Source: Clostridium sp.
Lineage (GTDB): Bacteria > Bacillota > Clostridia > Clostridiales > Clostridiaceae
DNA: 53,314 nucleotides
Reading direction: 5' to 3'
NCBI GenBank assembly: GCA_003539755.1
Contig: DPOH01000325.1
Span: 1 to 53,314, forward strand
Part shown: piece by piece, positions 9,788 to 19,984 of the stretch
Layout of the letters: each line of letters opens with the position of its first letter
Numbering within the stretch: position 1 is the stretch's first letter
Notes under the pieces: model-generated
Databases searched by the model: none
Seen by the model: only the letters and a program-made list of their open reading frames with translations
Told to the model about the DNA's origin: nothing
Made by a program: the position numbers and the translations under genes

Positions 9788-10417
9788 ATGCAGATAAAAA
9801 AAGTTTGCAATTCAGATTTTAAGAAGTATGGAAGAGTATTAAAAAATTATGACTGTAAAGAAATAATAGAAAAGATGGGAGATACACCACTTCCAAATGA
9901 TGTTGTTTATGAACCATCAGTAAAGATGCTTGAAGATTTAAGTATTTTTAATGAATTACAAGATAGAGAATTTGGAGGGCTTCCTATTGAAATAGGATAC
10001 TGCAATGGAAATAATAATTTGCTTAATGCAGTTGAATATCATAGATCTTCAGAAATAAATATAGCAGCTACAGATTTGATTTTATTATTAGGAATTCTTC
10101 AAGATGTAGAAGATGATTTTTCATATGATACATCAAAAATTGAAGCATTCTTAGTTCCAAAAGGAACTGCTATTGAAGTATATGCTACAACACTTCATTA
10201 TGCACCATGTAATGCAGATGATAATGGATTTAGATGCGTAGTAGTTTTACCAAAGGATACAAACCTACCATTGGAAAAGGATGTTAATAAATCAGATGAA
10301 GACGCATTATTATTTGCAAAAAATAAATGGCTTATTGGTCATAAGGATACAGACTTAGGTAAACAAGGAGCATTTATTGGATTAAAGGGAGAAAATATTT
10401 ATCTTAAGAATTATTAA
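9788..10417 (+). CDS. DUF4867-like protein (cupin-like)
   Basis: GYCNG, EYHRSSE, TLHYAPC, LFAKNKWLIGH; typical neighbour of xylA-II. Confidence 0.7.
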   Translation: MQIKKVCNSDFKKYGRVLKNYDCKEIIEKMGDTPLPNDVVYEPSVKMLEDLSIFNELQDREFGGLPIEIGYCNGNNNLLNAVEYHRSSEINIAATDLILLLGILQDVEDDFSYDTSKIEAFLVPKGTAIEVYATTLHYAPCNADDNGFRCVVVLPKDTNLPLEKDVNKSDEDALLFAKNKWLIGHKDTDLGKQGAFIGLKGENIYLKNY

Positions 10418-10481
10418 TTTATATAAAAAATGATTTATAGAGAATAAAAAATTGAGTTTTGATTAGTTTGGAGGAATTAAT

Positions 10482-11960
10482 ATGAAAAATATACCAGAAA
10501 TTAAATTAGGAATAGTTGCAGTAAGCAGAGATTGCTTCCCTATGGAATTATCAGAAAGACGTAGAGCAGCAGTTGTAGAAGCTTATGAAGGAGATATTTT
10601 TGAATGTAAGACTACTATAGAAAATGAAAAAGATATGAGACAAGCTTTAAAAGAAATTAATGAAGCAGGTGTAAATGCATTAGTTGTTTATCTTGGAAAC
10701 TTTGGACCAGAAACTGCTGAAACATTACTTGCAAAAGAATTTGATGGACCAGTTATGTTTGTAGCAGCAGCAGAAGAAACACAAAATAATCTTCAAGATG
10801 GAAGAGGAGATGCTTATTGCGGAATGCTTAATGCAAGTTATAATTTAGCATTAAGAAACATTAAAGCATATATTCCTGAATATCCAGTAGGAACTGCAAG
10901 TGATATAGCAGGAATGATAAAAGAATTCATTCCAGTAGCAAAAGCTGTAATTGGGCTTAACAAATTAAAGATTATTTCATTTGGTCCAAGACCACAAGAT
11001 TTCTTAGCTTGTAATGCACCAATCAAGCAATTATACAATTTAGGTGTTGAAATTGAAGAAAATTCAGAGCTAGATTTATTTGCATCATTTAATGAACATA
11101 AAGAAGATCCAAGAATTCCTGAAGTTGTTGCTGATATGGAACAAGAATTAGGTGAAGGAAATAAGATGGCAGGTATTTTACCTAGACTTGCTCAATATGA
11201 ACTTACATTATTAGATTGGATGGAAGCTCATAAAGGTTCTAGAGAATATGTTATCTTTGCAAATAAGTGCTGGCCTGCATTCCAAACACAATTTGGACTA
11301 GTTCCATGCTATGTAAACAGCAGATTAACTGCAAGAGGAATTCCAGTATCATGTGAAGTTGATATTTATGGAGCATTAAGTGAATATATAGGAACTTGTG
11401 TAAGTGAAGATGTTGTTACATTACTTGATATTAATAACTCAGTTCCAGCTGATATGTATGATGCTGAAATTAAAGGTAAACATGGTGACTATACATTAAA
11501 AGATACATTTATGGGATTCCACTGTGGTAATACAGCTGCTTGTAAATTACAAAATCCAACTATGAAATATCAAAAGATCATGCATAGATCTCTTGAACCA
11601 GATAAGGAACCAGATATAACAAGAGGAACAATTGAAGGAGATATAGTACCAGGAGATATCACATTCTTCAGATTACAAAGTACTGCTGATGCTAAGCTTA
11701 GAGCATATGTAGCTGAAGGTGAAGTATTACCAGTTGCTACTCGTTCATTTGGATCAATTGGAGTATTTGCTATTCCTGAAATGGGAAGATTCTATAGACA
11801 CGTATTAGTAGAAAAGAATTATCCACACCATGGTGCAGTTGCATTTGGACACTTTGGAAAGAGCTTATTTAGCTTATTCAAATATCTAGGAGTAGAAGAT
11901 ATTGGATTTAACCAACCAAAAGGAATGCTATATAAGACTGAAAATCCATTTGAAAAATAA
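10482..11960 (+). CDS. L-fucose/L-arabinose isomerase family protein, probable xylose isomerase XylA-II
   Basis: VSRDCFP, RGDAYCG, SCEVD, FHCGN, PHHGAV; lies in the XylR-operator transcript and no classical xylA is present. Confidence 0.8.
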   Translation: MKNIPEIKLGIVAVSRDCFPMELSERRRAAVVEAYEGDIFECKTTIENEKDMRQALKEINEAGVNALVVYLGNFGPETAETLLAKEFDGPVMFVAAAEETQNNLQDGRGDAYCGMLNASYNLALRNIKAYIPEYPVGTASDIAGMIKEFIPVAKAVIGLNKLKIISFGPRPQDFLACNAPIKQLYNLGVEIEENSELDLFASFNEHKEDPRIPEVVADMEQELGEGNKMAGILPRLAQYELTLLDWMEAHKGSREYVIFANKCWPAFQTQFGLVPCYVNSRLTARGIPVSCEVDIYGALSEYIGTCVSEDVVTLLDINNSVPADMYDAEIKGKHGDYTLKDTFMGFHCGNTAACKLQNPTMKYQKIMHRSLEPDKEPDITRGTIEGDIVPGDITFFRLQSTADAKLRAYVAEGEVLPVATRSFGSIGVFAIPEMGRFYRHVLVEKNYPHHGAVAFGHFGKSLFSLFKYLGVEDIGFNQPKGMLYKTENPFEK

Positions 11961-11975
11961 ATAATATTATTTAAT

Positions 11976-12003
11976 GGCTCCCATGGTACAATGGGGGTCT
12001 TTG
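11976..12003 (+). terminator. Intrinsic terminator
   Basis: GGCTCCCAT-ggtaca-ATGGGGGTC-TTT. Confidence 0.55.
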
Positions 12004-12050
12004 TGTGTTAAAATGTTTAATAGTATAAATTGGAAGTGGAGAGAATAAAT

Positions 12051-12848
12051 ATGAGTTATAGGTTTGTATTCCCAGAAGGGAAAGACAAGGCGCTTACTTT
12101 TAGCTATGATGATGGAAACATAGCTGATAAAAGATTAGTTAGTATTTTTAATAAATATGGGTTAAAAGCAACTTTTCATTTAAATTCAGCTATACTTGAT
12201 GGAGAGAATTTTATTAAAAAGAAAGAAATAAAGGAATTATATAAGGGACATGAAATAGCTGGGCATGGAGCACATCATGAGTTTATGAATGATTTGCATA
12301 ATGAAGCTGTAGTCCGTGAAATAATTGAAGATAGACGAATATTAGAAAATTATAACGATAGCATAGTTGTTGGATATTCTTATCCATATGGACAATACAA
12401 TGAATCATTAATTAATAAGTTAAAGGTTCTAGGAATTCAGTATTCAAGAACTGTAAATTCAACAAGGAATTTCTTTATTCCAGGAGATTTTATGCAATGG
12501 AATCCAACATGTCATCATAATGATGTAACTGATGAAATGATTGATGATTTCTTTAATCCACCATCATATAGAGAACTATCTTTATTTTATATATGGGGGC
12601 ATAGTTTTGAATTTGATAGGGAAAATACATGGGATAGATTTGAGCAGATATGTGATAGGCTTCATGGAAAAAATGATGTATGGTATACTACAAATTTTGA
12701 ATTTAAAGAGTATTTTTCTGCAATTAGAAGTGTAGTAACTAATGTTGATAATACTAAAATTTATAATCCAACAGGTCAGGTTATTTGGTTAATTAATAAT
12801 AATGAACTTATTAGACTATTACCAGGCCAGACTATGTTAGTAAAATAA
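12051..12848 (+). CDS. Polysaccharide deacetylase (CE4-like), no signal peptide
   Basis: TFSYDDG, HEIAGHGAHH, SYPYG, LFYIWGHS; ATG 12051 follows GGAGAG. Confidence 0.85.
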   Translation: MSYRFVFPEGKDKALTFSYDDGNIADKRLVSIFNKYGLKATFHLNSAILDGENFIKKKEIKELYKGHEIAGHGAHHEFMNDLHNEAVVREIIEDRRILENYNDSIVVGYSYPYGQYNESLINKLKVLGIQYSRTVNSTRNFFIPGDFMQWNPTCHHNDVTDEMIDDFFNPPSYRELSLFYIWGHSFEFDRENTWDRFEQICDRLHGKNDVWYTTNFEFKEYFSAIRSVVTNVDNTKIYNPTGQVIWLINNNELIRLLPGQTMLVK

Positions 12849-12861
12849 AATATTTAATTCT

Positions 12862-12929
12862 AAAAGAGAATTCATAAGGACTAAGTATTGTTTAATTAAA
12901 AACTATTGAGACTTTGAATTCTCTTTTTT
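12862..12929 (+). terminator. Terminator-like inverted repeat
   Basis: AAAAGAGAATTCA...TGAATTCTCTTTTTT with a long loop. Confidence 0.5.
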
Positions 12930-13009
12930 GATGAAACTTTTAATTTTATATGTAAAGATTAACGCTTAATATTAAACAAAACCAGATAAATGTAAACTTA
13001 TACATAATA

Positions 13010-13083
13010 TATAATTTGTGGTATTTTTTATATAATTTATATGGTTGTTAGAAGATATAAAGATGATAAAATTATTATTGTAA
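13010..13083 (+). promoter_or_regulatory. Putative activator-dependent promoter, copy 1
   Basis: 13010-13049 is 37/40 identical to 14983-15022; TATAATTT repeats at 21-bp spacing; shared GATGATAAAATTAT -10-like block. Confidence 0.65.
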
Positions 13084-13117
13084 ACAAAAATTAACAAAAG
13101 AGATAAAATATAACTTT

Positions 13118-13131
13118 TGTAAACGAAAACA
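13118..13131. promoter_or_regulatory. cre (CcpA) site
   Basis: TGTAAACGAAAACA fits TGWAANCGNWNWCA; identical copy at 15108. Confidence 0.7.
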
Positions 13132-13149
13132 TTTGTAGGGGGAGTTTTT

Positions 13150-14844
13150 ATGAATAAAAGAAAGTTACTATCATTATTTCTTTCTGGAATGCTAGCAACA
13201 ACTTGCTTAGTTGGATGTGGAAGTACTTCAGGAAGTAGTGGAAGCTCATCATCAAGTGGATCAACTGATTCTGATGGGTACAAGCATTTTACAGCGTTTT
13301 TTGCAACTGCTGGTAAGGAAATACCTGATAATAATAGGGTAAAGAATTTAATAGCTGAAAAAACAGGAGTTAAAGTTGATGAAACTTGGTTAACTGGACA
13401 AACTCCAAAAGAAAGAATAGGAGTAATGGTAGCTGGTGGTGATTATCCAGATTTCATAGATGGTGGGGATGGAACACAGAGCTTAGTTGATGCAGGAGCA
13501 CTTATTGCGTTAGATGAATATATCGAAAGCGGTAAATATCCTAATATCACAAATTACTTTACAAAAGGTGAATGGGCTCGTTGTAAGCAGCCAGATGGAC
13601 ATATCTATTACATTCCTCAATTTAGTAAAGTTCAAGGAAAAGTAACAGATACTACTCAAGGTGGAGAAGCATTCTGGATTCAAAAAGCTGTACTTGAATG
13701 GGCAAATTATCCAAAGATTACAACATTAGATGAATATTTTGATTTGATAGAAAGATATAAAGAAGCAAATCCAACAATTGATGGAAAACCAACAATAGGA
13801 TTTGAAATATTAAGCTATGATACTAAGTACTTCTGTTTGGAAAATCCACCTCAATTCTTGGCTGGATATCCTAATGATGGTAAAGCTGTAATAGATAAGA
13901 CTACTCATGAAGCTAAACTTTATGAAACATTACCAGAAGCAAAACAATACTATAAGAAACTTGGAGAAGAATATAAAAAAGGAATTATAGATCCCGAAAC
14001 ATTTACAGCAAACTATGACCAATATATTTCTAAGTTATCTACTGGTTCTGTACTTGGTATGATAGACCAAAAATGGCAATTTGATAATGCTACAAATGCA
14101 TTAGTACAAGAACATAAAGATGATAAGACTTGGGTTCCACTTCCATTAGTTATAGATCCAAGTGTTAAACCTCATTATAGAACTAAACCAGATTTCAATG
14201 GTGGTGCTGGACTTGCTATAACAACAAGCTGTAAAGATGTAGAAGGTGCATTAAAGTTCATTAATGACTTATTATCACCTGAAGTAGTCGCTTTAAGAGC
14301 ATGGGGAGAAAAAGATGTAGATTATAAAGTTGATGAAAATGGAGTATTCTACAGAACTGAAGAACAAAGAGCAAATGCTAAAGACCAAGACTGGGCTCAA
14401 CAAAACTTATGTGGATATGGATACTTCCCTAACTTCAAAGGAATGCAAGCAGATGGTAAAAACACTATGTCACCAGCTGAACAACCAGGAGAATTCCGTG
14501 CAACATTAACAGATACAGATAAGAAGATATTAGATGCTTATGGATATCAAACATTTGCAGATTTCATGAATGATCCTTCAGATGAAGAAAATGAACCTTG
14601 GTATCCAATCTGGTCATATGTTAACAACTTAACTTCAGATTCACCTGCTAAAATAGCATATACAAAGATGGATGATATCAAGAAACAATGGCTTCCAAAA
14701 GTTATAATGACAGATCCATCAAGTTTTGAAGAAACTTGGGATGAATATACAAAAACATTAACTACTCAAGCAGATTCTAAGGCATACTTAGATGCTTTAA
14801 CAAAAGAAGTTGAAAGAAGAATTAAAGAATTCTCAGATAAATAA
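13150..14844 (+). CDS. ABC transporter solute-binding lipoprotein (xylo-oligosaccharide)
   Basis: Lipobox LVGC, Ser/Gly linker, GDYPD, LplA-like length; upstream of two permeases. Confidence 0.88.
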   Translation: MNKRKLLSLFLSGMLATTCLVGCGSTSGSSGSSSSSGSTDSDGYKHFTAFFATAGKEIPDNNRVKNLIAEKTGVKVDETWLTGQTPKERIGVMVAGGDYPDFIDGGDGTQSLVDAGALIALDEYIESGKYPNITNYFTKGEWARCKQPDGHIYYIPQFSKVQGKVTDTTQGGEAFWIQKAVLEWANYPKITTLDEYFDLIERYKEANPTIDGKPTIGFEILSYDTKYFCLENPPQFLAGYPNDGKAVIDKTTHEAKLYETLPEAKQYYKKLGEEYKKGIIDPETFTANYDQYISKLSTGSVLGMIDQKWQFDNATNALVQEHKDDKTWVPLPLVIDPSVKPHYRTKPDFNGGAGLAITTSCKDVEGALKFINDLLSPEVVALRAWGEKDVDYKVDENGVFYRTEEQRANAKDQDWAQQNLCGYGYFPNFKGMQADGKNTMSPAEQPGEFRATLTDTDKKILDAYGYQTFADFMNDPSDEENEPWYPIWSYVNNLTSDSPAKIAYTKMDDIKKQWLPKVIMTDPSSFEETWDEYTKTLTTQADSKAYLDALTKEVERRIKEFSDK

Positions 14845-14871
14845 TAATTATTATATCAATAAAAGAATTAG

Positions 14872-14907
14872 AAAACTGGCTTTCATATAAATTGAAGCCA
14901 GTTTTTT
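14872..14907 (+). terminator. Intrinsic terminator
   Basis: AAAACTGGCTT...AAGCCAGTTTTTT. Confidence 0.75.
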
Positions 14908-14982
14908 AATGTATTATATTTTTTATTTATTGGTTATACAGAAAACGAATACACGGTGATGAAATGAGTGTTAGAACTATAG

Positions 14983-15056
14983 TATAATTTATGGTATTTT
15001 TTATATAGTTTGTATGGTTGTTGCTAAAAAATCATGATGATAAAATTATATTGTAA
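14983..15056 (+). promoter_or_regulatory. Putative activator-dependent promoter, copy 2
   Basis: Near-identical to 13010-13083. Confidence 0.65.
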
Positions 15057-15107
15057 GGGGGTACATTGGGGATTGTGCATTGATTATATACATAGTCACA
15101 TAACAAA

Positions 15108-15121
15108 TGTAAACGAAAACA
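15108..15121. promoter_or_regulatory. cre (CcpA) site
   Basis: TGTAAACGAAAACA, identical to 13118-13131. Confidence 0.7.
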
Positions 15122-15216
15122 GTATGAGGAGGTTAGGTTAAATATTAAAAATTTAATATATCTATTTAGTTTTAAATTATAATATAAAAATTTTAAATTA
15201 GAAAGGAAGTATTAAT

Positions 15217-16182
15217 ATGGAGGGAAACTTACAAACAAAAGTAACAAATCTAAATGTAAATGTAAATCAAAAGAAAAGTTTTCTTGAAAGGGCCAAAAAA
15301 CAAAAGAGTTTAATATTTATGTCTATCCCATTTGTAATTTATGTAATAATATTTTGCTATGCTCCATTAGTTGGATGGTTAATGGCATTTCAAAAATTTA
15401 ATCCGGCCAAGAGCTTGTTTGATCAAACATGGGTTGGGTTATATCAATTCAAATTTTTATTTTCTGATGATAACTTTTTAAAGATCTTAAGAAATACATT
15501 ATGTATGAGTATAATTAATTTAACTTTAAGTTTTGTGTGTTCAATATTATTCGCATTATTATTAAATGAAGTTAAAAATGTATTATTTAAAAAATTTACT
15601 CAAACAGTATCGTATTTACCACATTTTCTTTCTTGGATTATTGTAACTGGAATAGTTTCAGAAGTTCTTTCACCTTCAACAGGTATTATTAATGAATTAT
15701 TACAAAAATTTCACCTTATAAGCCAACCAATTAATTTCTTTGCACAGACTAAGTATTTCTGGGGAATTGTAGGTCTTACAAATGTATGGAAAGAAGTTGG
15801 ATGGGGAAGTATTATATATCTAGCTTCTATAACTGCAATAAATCCAGATTTATATGAAGCAGCAGAAATTGATGGTGCAGGAAGAATTCAAAAAATACTT
15901 CATGTAACATTACCAGGAATTAAATCTACAATATGTATTTTATTAATTATGAATGTAGGTAATATATTAAATGCCGGATTTGAAATTCAATATTTATTAG
16001 GAAACGGATTAGTACAAGAAGTATCTCAGACAATTGATATTTTTGTATTGAAATATGGTATTGGATTAAATAACTATTCATTAGCAACAGCTGCAGGTAT
16101 ATTTAAGAGTATAGTAAGTGTAGCTCTTATATTTATAGCTAATAAGATAGCAAAAGCTGCAGGTGAAGAAAGATTATTCTAA
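15217..16182 (+). CDS. Carbohydrate ABC permease (LplB-like)
   Basis: YLPHFLSW, EAA loop LYEAAEIDGAGR. Confidence 0.92.
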   Translation: MEGNLQTKVTNLNVNVNQKKSFLERAKKQKSLIFMSIPFVIYVIIFCYAPLVGWLMAFQKFNPAKSLFDQTWVGLYQFKFLFSDDNFLKILRNTLCMSIINLTLSFVCSILFALLLNEVKNVLFKKFTQTVSYLPHFLSWIIVTGIVSEVLSPSTGIINELLQKFHLISQPINFFAQTKYFWGIVGLTNVWKEVGWGSIIYLASITAINPDLYEAAEIDGAGRIQKILHVTLPGIKSTICILLIMNVGNILNAGFEIQYLLGNGLVQEVSQTIDIFVLKYGIGLNNYSLATAAGIFKSIVSVALIFIANKIAKAAGEERLF

Positions 16183-16197
16183 GGGAGGGAACATTGT

Positions 16198-17100
16198 ATG
16201 AGTAATAAGAAGTTTTTAAAGAGATCAAGGGAAGATATTATAGTAGATACATGTATAACAATATTTATGATATTATTTTTAATAGTTACTATGTATCCAA
16301 TTTTAAATACAATTGCAGTTTCATTTAATGATGGTATGGACTCAGTAAAGGGTGGAATCCATTTATGGCCAAGATCTTTTACAATGAAGAACTATATGAC
16401 TGTTTTCCAAAACCAAAATTTAAAACAAGCTGCTATAGTTTCTGTAGGTAGAACAGTAATAGCAACAGTTTTACAATTATTTTTAACATCAATGCTTTCT
16501 TATGTATTAAGTAGAAAAAACTATATGTTCAATAAACAATTATCATTTATGTTTGTATTAACAATGTATGTAAGTGGAGGTATGATTCCAGGATATATTT
16601 TAATTAAAGACTTACATTTATTAAATAATTTCTGGGTTTATATTATACCAGGATTAGTAAGTGCATTTAATATGATTGTTATAAGAACTTATATAAATGG
16701 TCTTCCAGATAGTTTAATCGAATCTGCCAAGATTGATGGAGCAGGAGAATTTAGAATATTTATTCAGATAGTATTACCATTATGTAAACCTGTACTTGCA
16801 ACTGTAGCATTATTTATAGCAGTAGGACAATGGAATGCATGGTTTGATTCAATGCTTTATTGTTCAGCTAATAAGAATTTAACTACTCTTCAATACGAAC
16901 TTATGAAATTGTTATCATCAACAACAACTCAAGGCACAAGTGCTGAAGTAATGAAAAATTCAGCTAATGCAGCTATGGTAACACCAACATCAATCCGTGC
17001 AGCAATTACAATAGTAACAGCTTTACCTATAGTTTGTCTTTACCCATTCTTACAAAGATACTTTGTTACAGGTCTTACAATTGGTGGAGTTAAAGAATGA
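16198..17100 (+). CDS. Carbohydrate ABC permease (LplC-like)
   Basis: SGGMIP, ESAKIDGAG, YPFLQRYF...GGVKE. Confidence 0.92.
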   Translation: MSNKKFLKRSREDIIVDTCITIFMILFLIVTMYPILNTIAVSFNDGMDSVKGGIHLWPRSFTMKNYMTVFQNQNLKQAAIVSVGRTVIATVLQLFLTSMLSYVLSRKNYMFNKQLSFMFVLTMYVSGGMIPGYILIKDLHLLNNFWVYIIPGLVSAFNMIVIRTYINGLPDSLIESAKIDGAGEFRIFIQIVLPLCKPVLATVALFIAVGQWNAWFDSMLYCSANKNLTTLQYELMKLLSSTTTQGTSAEVMKNSANAAMVTPTSIRAAITIVTALPIVCLYPFLQRYFVTGLTIGGVKE

Positions 17101-17142
17101 TTTATTGTATAAAAAGTATGTTAGAGAATAGGAGCTGGAGTT

Positions 17143-18270
17143 ATGAACGCATTTGAAACATCAAAGTATTCTAATGTATTTAAAGAATATGGATATACAG
17201 ATTATGAAATAGAAAATAAATTAAAGCTGATATATGATACTTTGTTTTATGGAACAAAAGATGAATGTATATATCACATATTAGATGATGAAACAGCATG
17301 TATAGTAGATACAGGAAATAATGATGCCAGAACTGAAGGAATGTCATATGGAATGATGATGTGTGTACAGAATAATATGAAAAAAGAATTTGATTCTCTT
17401 TGGAATTTTGCAAAGAAATATATGTATTTAGAAGAGGGAATTAATAAAGGTTATTTTGCGTGGTCTGTACAGTTAGATGGAACTAAAAATGCAGATGGAC
17501 CTGCATCAGATGGAGAAGAATATTTTGCATTAGCTCTGTTCTTTGCATCTCATAGATGGGGAGATGGAGAAGGAATATATAATTATTCAAAAGAAGCTAG
17601 AGATTTGTTATCTACTTGCATTCATAATGGAGAAAAAGAGATTGGACAACCTATGTGGAATAAAGAAAATAAACTTATAAAATTTGTTCCAGGTCTTGAA
17701 ATAACAGATCCATCATATCATTTACCACATTTCTATGAATTATTTGCTTTATGGTGTAATGAAGAAGATAAAGAATTTTGGAAAGAAGCAGCTGAGAATA
17801 GTAAAAAATACTTAAAAAAAGCCTGTCATAGCGAAACTGGGTTAGCACCAGAATATTCTTTCTATGATGGAAGTCCATTTAAATATGATAATAGAGAAAG
17901 ATATTATAGTGATTCATATAGAGTAGCAGCTAATTTAGGTTTATCTTATGAATGGTTTGGAAATGACAACTTTGAAACTGATATAGTTGATAAAATTCAG
18001 AAATTCTTCTGTGAAACAGTTAAAGATAAAGATGATTTAGTGTATGAAATAGATGGAACTATAATTAATGAAAAGGCTATGCATCCAATTGCTATAATAG
18101 CAACAAATGCAATGGCATCACTTGCAGCAAGCAAGGGAAATAATAGAGAAGAGTGTGTAAGAAGGTTCTGGAATACTCCATTAAGAACAGGAAATAGAAG
18201 ATATTATGATAATTGTCTTTACTTATTTGCTTTTCTCGCATTAAGTGGAAAATATAAGATTTGGAAATAG
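17143..18270 (+). CDS. GH8 reducing-end xylose-releasing exo-oligoxylanase (Rex-like)
   Basis: DARTEGMSYGMM, PASDGEEY, TDPSYHLPHFY, DSYRVAAN, RRYYDN; no signal peptide. Confidence 0.85.
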   Translation: MNAFETSKYSNVFKEYGYTDYEIENKLKLIYDTLFYGTKDECIYHILDDETACIVDTGNNDARTEGMSYGMMMCVQNNMKKEFDSLWNFAKKYMYLEEGINKGYFAWSVQLDGTKNADGPASDGEEYFALALFFASHRWGDGEGIYNYSKEARDLLSTCIHNGEKEIGQPMWNKENKLIKFVPGLEITDPSYHLPHFYELFALWCNEEDKEFWKEAAENSKKYLKKACHSETGLAPEYSFYDGSPFKYDNRERYYSDSYRVAANLGLSYEWFGNDNFETDIVDKIQKFFCETVKDKDDLVYEIDGTIINEKAMHPIAIIATNAMASLAASKGNNREECVRRFWNTPLRTGNRRYYDNCLYLFAFLALSGKYKIWK

Positions 18271-18286
18271 TATGAGAGGTGAAAAT

Positions 18287-19831
18287 ATGGCTAAATTTAA
18301 GAATCCGATACTTAGAGGATTTTATCCAGATCCGTCAATATGTGCAGTAGGAGAAGATTTCTATTTAGTAAATTCAACATTTGCATATTTTCCAGGAGTA
18401 CCTATTTTCCATAGTAAAGATTTAGCTAATTGGGAGCAGATAGGGAGTGTATTCACTAGAAGCTCCCAATTAAATTTAGGGGAAATAGGACATTCAGCGG
18501 GAGTATATGCACCAACAATAAGGTATAACAAAGGAAAATTTTATTTAATAACAACTAATATACCTCATTATGGAAACTTTATAGTTACTGCAGATGATCC
18601 TAAGGGACCATGGTCAGATCCATATATTCTAAAAGGTGCCCAAGGGATTGATCCAAGTTTGTTTTTTGATGAAGATGGAAAATCATATTATATAGGCACT
18701 CGTGATAGAAGTGAAGGACCTAAATATTATGGGGATAATGAGATATATGTTCAGGAAATTGATTTAGAAAATATGAAGCTTATAGGAGAAAGTCATGCTA
18801 TATGGAATGGGGCATTAAGAGATTCTGTATGGGCTGAAGGGGCACATCTTTATAAAAAAGATGGTTATTATTATTTGATGATAGCTGAAGGTGGAACTGC
18901 TTATGAACATAGTGTAATGATAGCAAGAAGTAAAACTTTATTTGGGAAATATGAAGGATGTAAAGCTAATCCAATATTAACACACAGGCATCTAGGAAAT
19001 AAATATCCAATACAGTATATTGGGCATGCTGATTTAGTAAAAGCTAATGATGATGAATGGTATATGGTTATGCTTGGAGTTAGGAAGTGTCAAGAGCATT
19101 GTAATACAGGAAGAGAAACTTTCTTAGCTAAAGTGACATGGCAGGATGGGTGGCCAGTAGTAAATGAAGGTATAGGAAAGATAGAACTTGAAGGAGAAAC
19201 TACATTAGAAGAGCATAGATTTGAAGATAAAGAAAAGTGTTTTCATTTTTATGGAAAGAAATTAGACAATAGATTCTTAAGATTACGTAATCCTTATGAA
19301 AATATGTATTCATTAGATGAAAGAGAAGGGTTTTTAAGACTTAAATTATCTCAGTATACATTAAGTGATTTATGTAGTCCAAGCTATTTAGGAATAAGAC
19401 AGGATAGCTATGATTATATATTAAGCACAATGATGGAATTTGAGCCTAAGTCTAACAATGAAAGTGCAGGTTTGGCTATACTTCAAAGCAATGAATATCA
19501 TTTGAGATATGAGTATATTAAAGAAAATGATGAAAATATTCTGAGAGTTGTATCTGTAAAAGACTCAAAGGATGAAATAATGGCACAAATTAATATAGCC
19601 TCTGATAGATTATTTTTAAAAGTTATAGGAAGAAATCAAAAACTAAATTTCTATTATAGCTTAGATGGAGAAGAATATGCAGTTTTAGCTGTAGATATTG
19701 ACAGCAGATTCTTAAGTACAGAATCTGCAGGTGGATTTGTAGGATGTACCTTAGGAATGTTTGCAAGTAGTAATGGAAATGAAAGTACAAATCATGTAGA
19801 TTTTCTTTATTTAAATTATTCTAGATTATAA
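18287..19831 (+). CDS. GH43 beta-xylosidase/arabinofuranosidase
   Basis: NPILRGFYPDPS, GIDPSLF, WAEGAH, GHAD, C-terminal GGFVG domain; ATG 18287 follows GAGGTG. Confidence 0.9.
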   Translation: MAKFKNPILRGFYPDPSICAVGEDFYLVNSTFAYFPGVPIFHSKDLANWEQIGSVFTRSSQLNLGEIGHSAGVYAPTIRYNKGKFYLITTNIPHYGNFIVTADDPKGPWSDPYILKGAQGIDPSLFFDEDGKSYYIGTRDRSEGPKYYGDNEIYVQEIDLENMKLIGESHAIWNGALRDSVWAEGAHLYKKDGYYYLMIAEGGTAYEHSVMIARSKTLFGKYEGCKANPILTHRHLGNKYPIQYIGHADLVKANDDEWYMVMLGVRKCQEHCNTGRETFLAKVTWQDGWPVVNEGIGKIELEGETTLEEHRFEDKEKCFHFYGKKLDNRFLRLRNPYENMYSLDEREGFLRLKLSQYTLSDLCSPSYLGIRQDSYDYILSTMMEFEPKSNNESAGLAILQSNEYHLRYEYIKENDENILRVVSVKDSKDEIMAQINIASDRLFLKVIGRNQKLNFYYSLDGEEYAVLAVDIDSRFLSTESAGGFVGCTLGMFASSNGNESTNHVDFLYLNYSRL

Positions 19832-19984
19832 GTAATACTATATGTACTATTAATAATAAATTAAATGCAATATAATTCGTAATTACTGATATCTACTTGA
19901 AATTTTATAATTATATGAATCATATAGAATTAAAGATATTTTAATATATTTTTAACATAAATTTATTGTAAAGGGGTAATCTAA

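Noticed and set aside
13219-13275. Ser/Gly low-complexity run in the binding protein
   Set aside because: Ordinary flexible linker after a lipoprotein cysteine.
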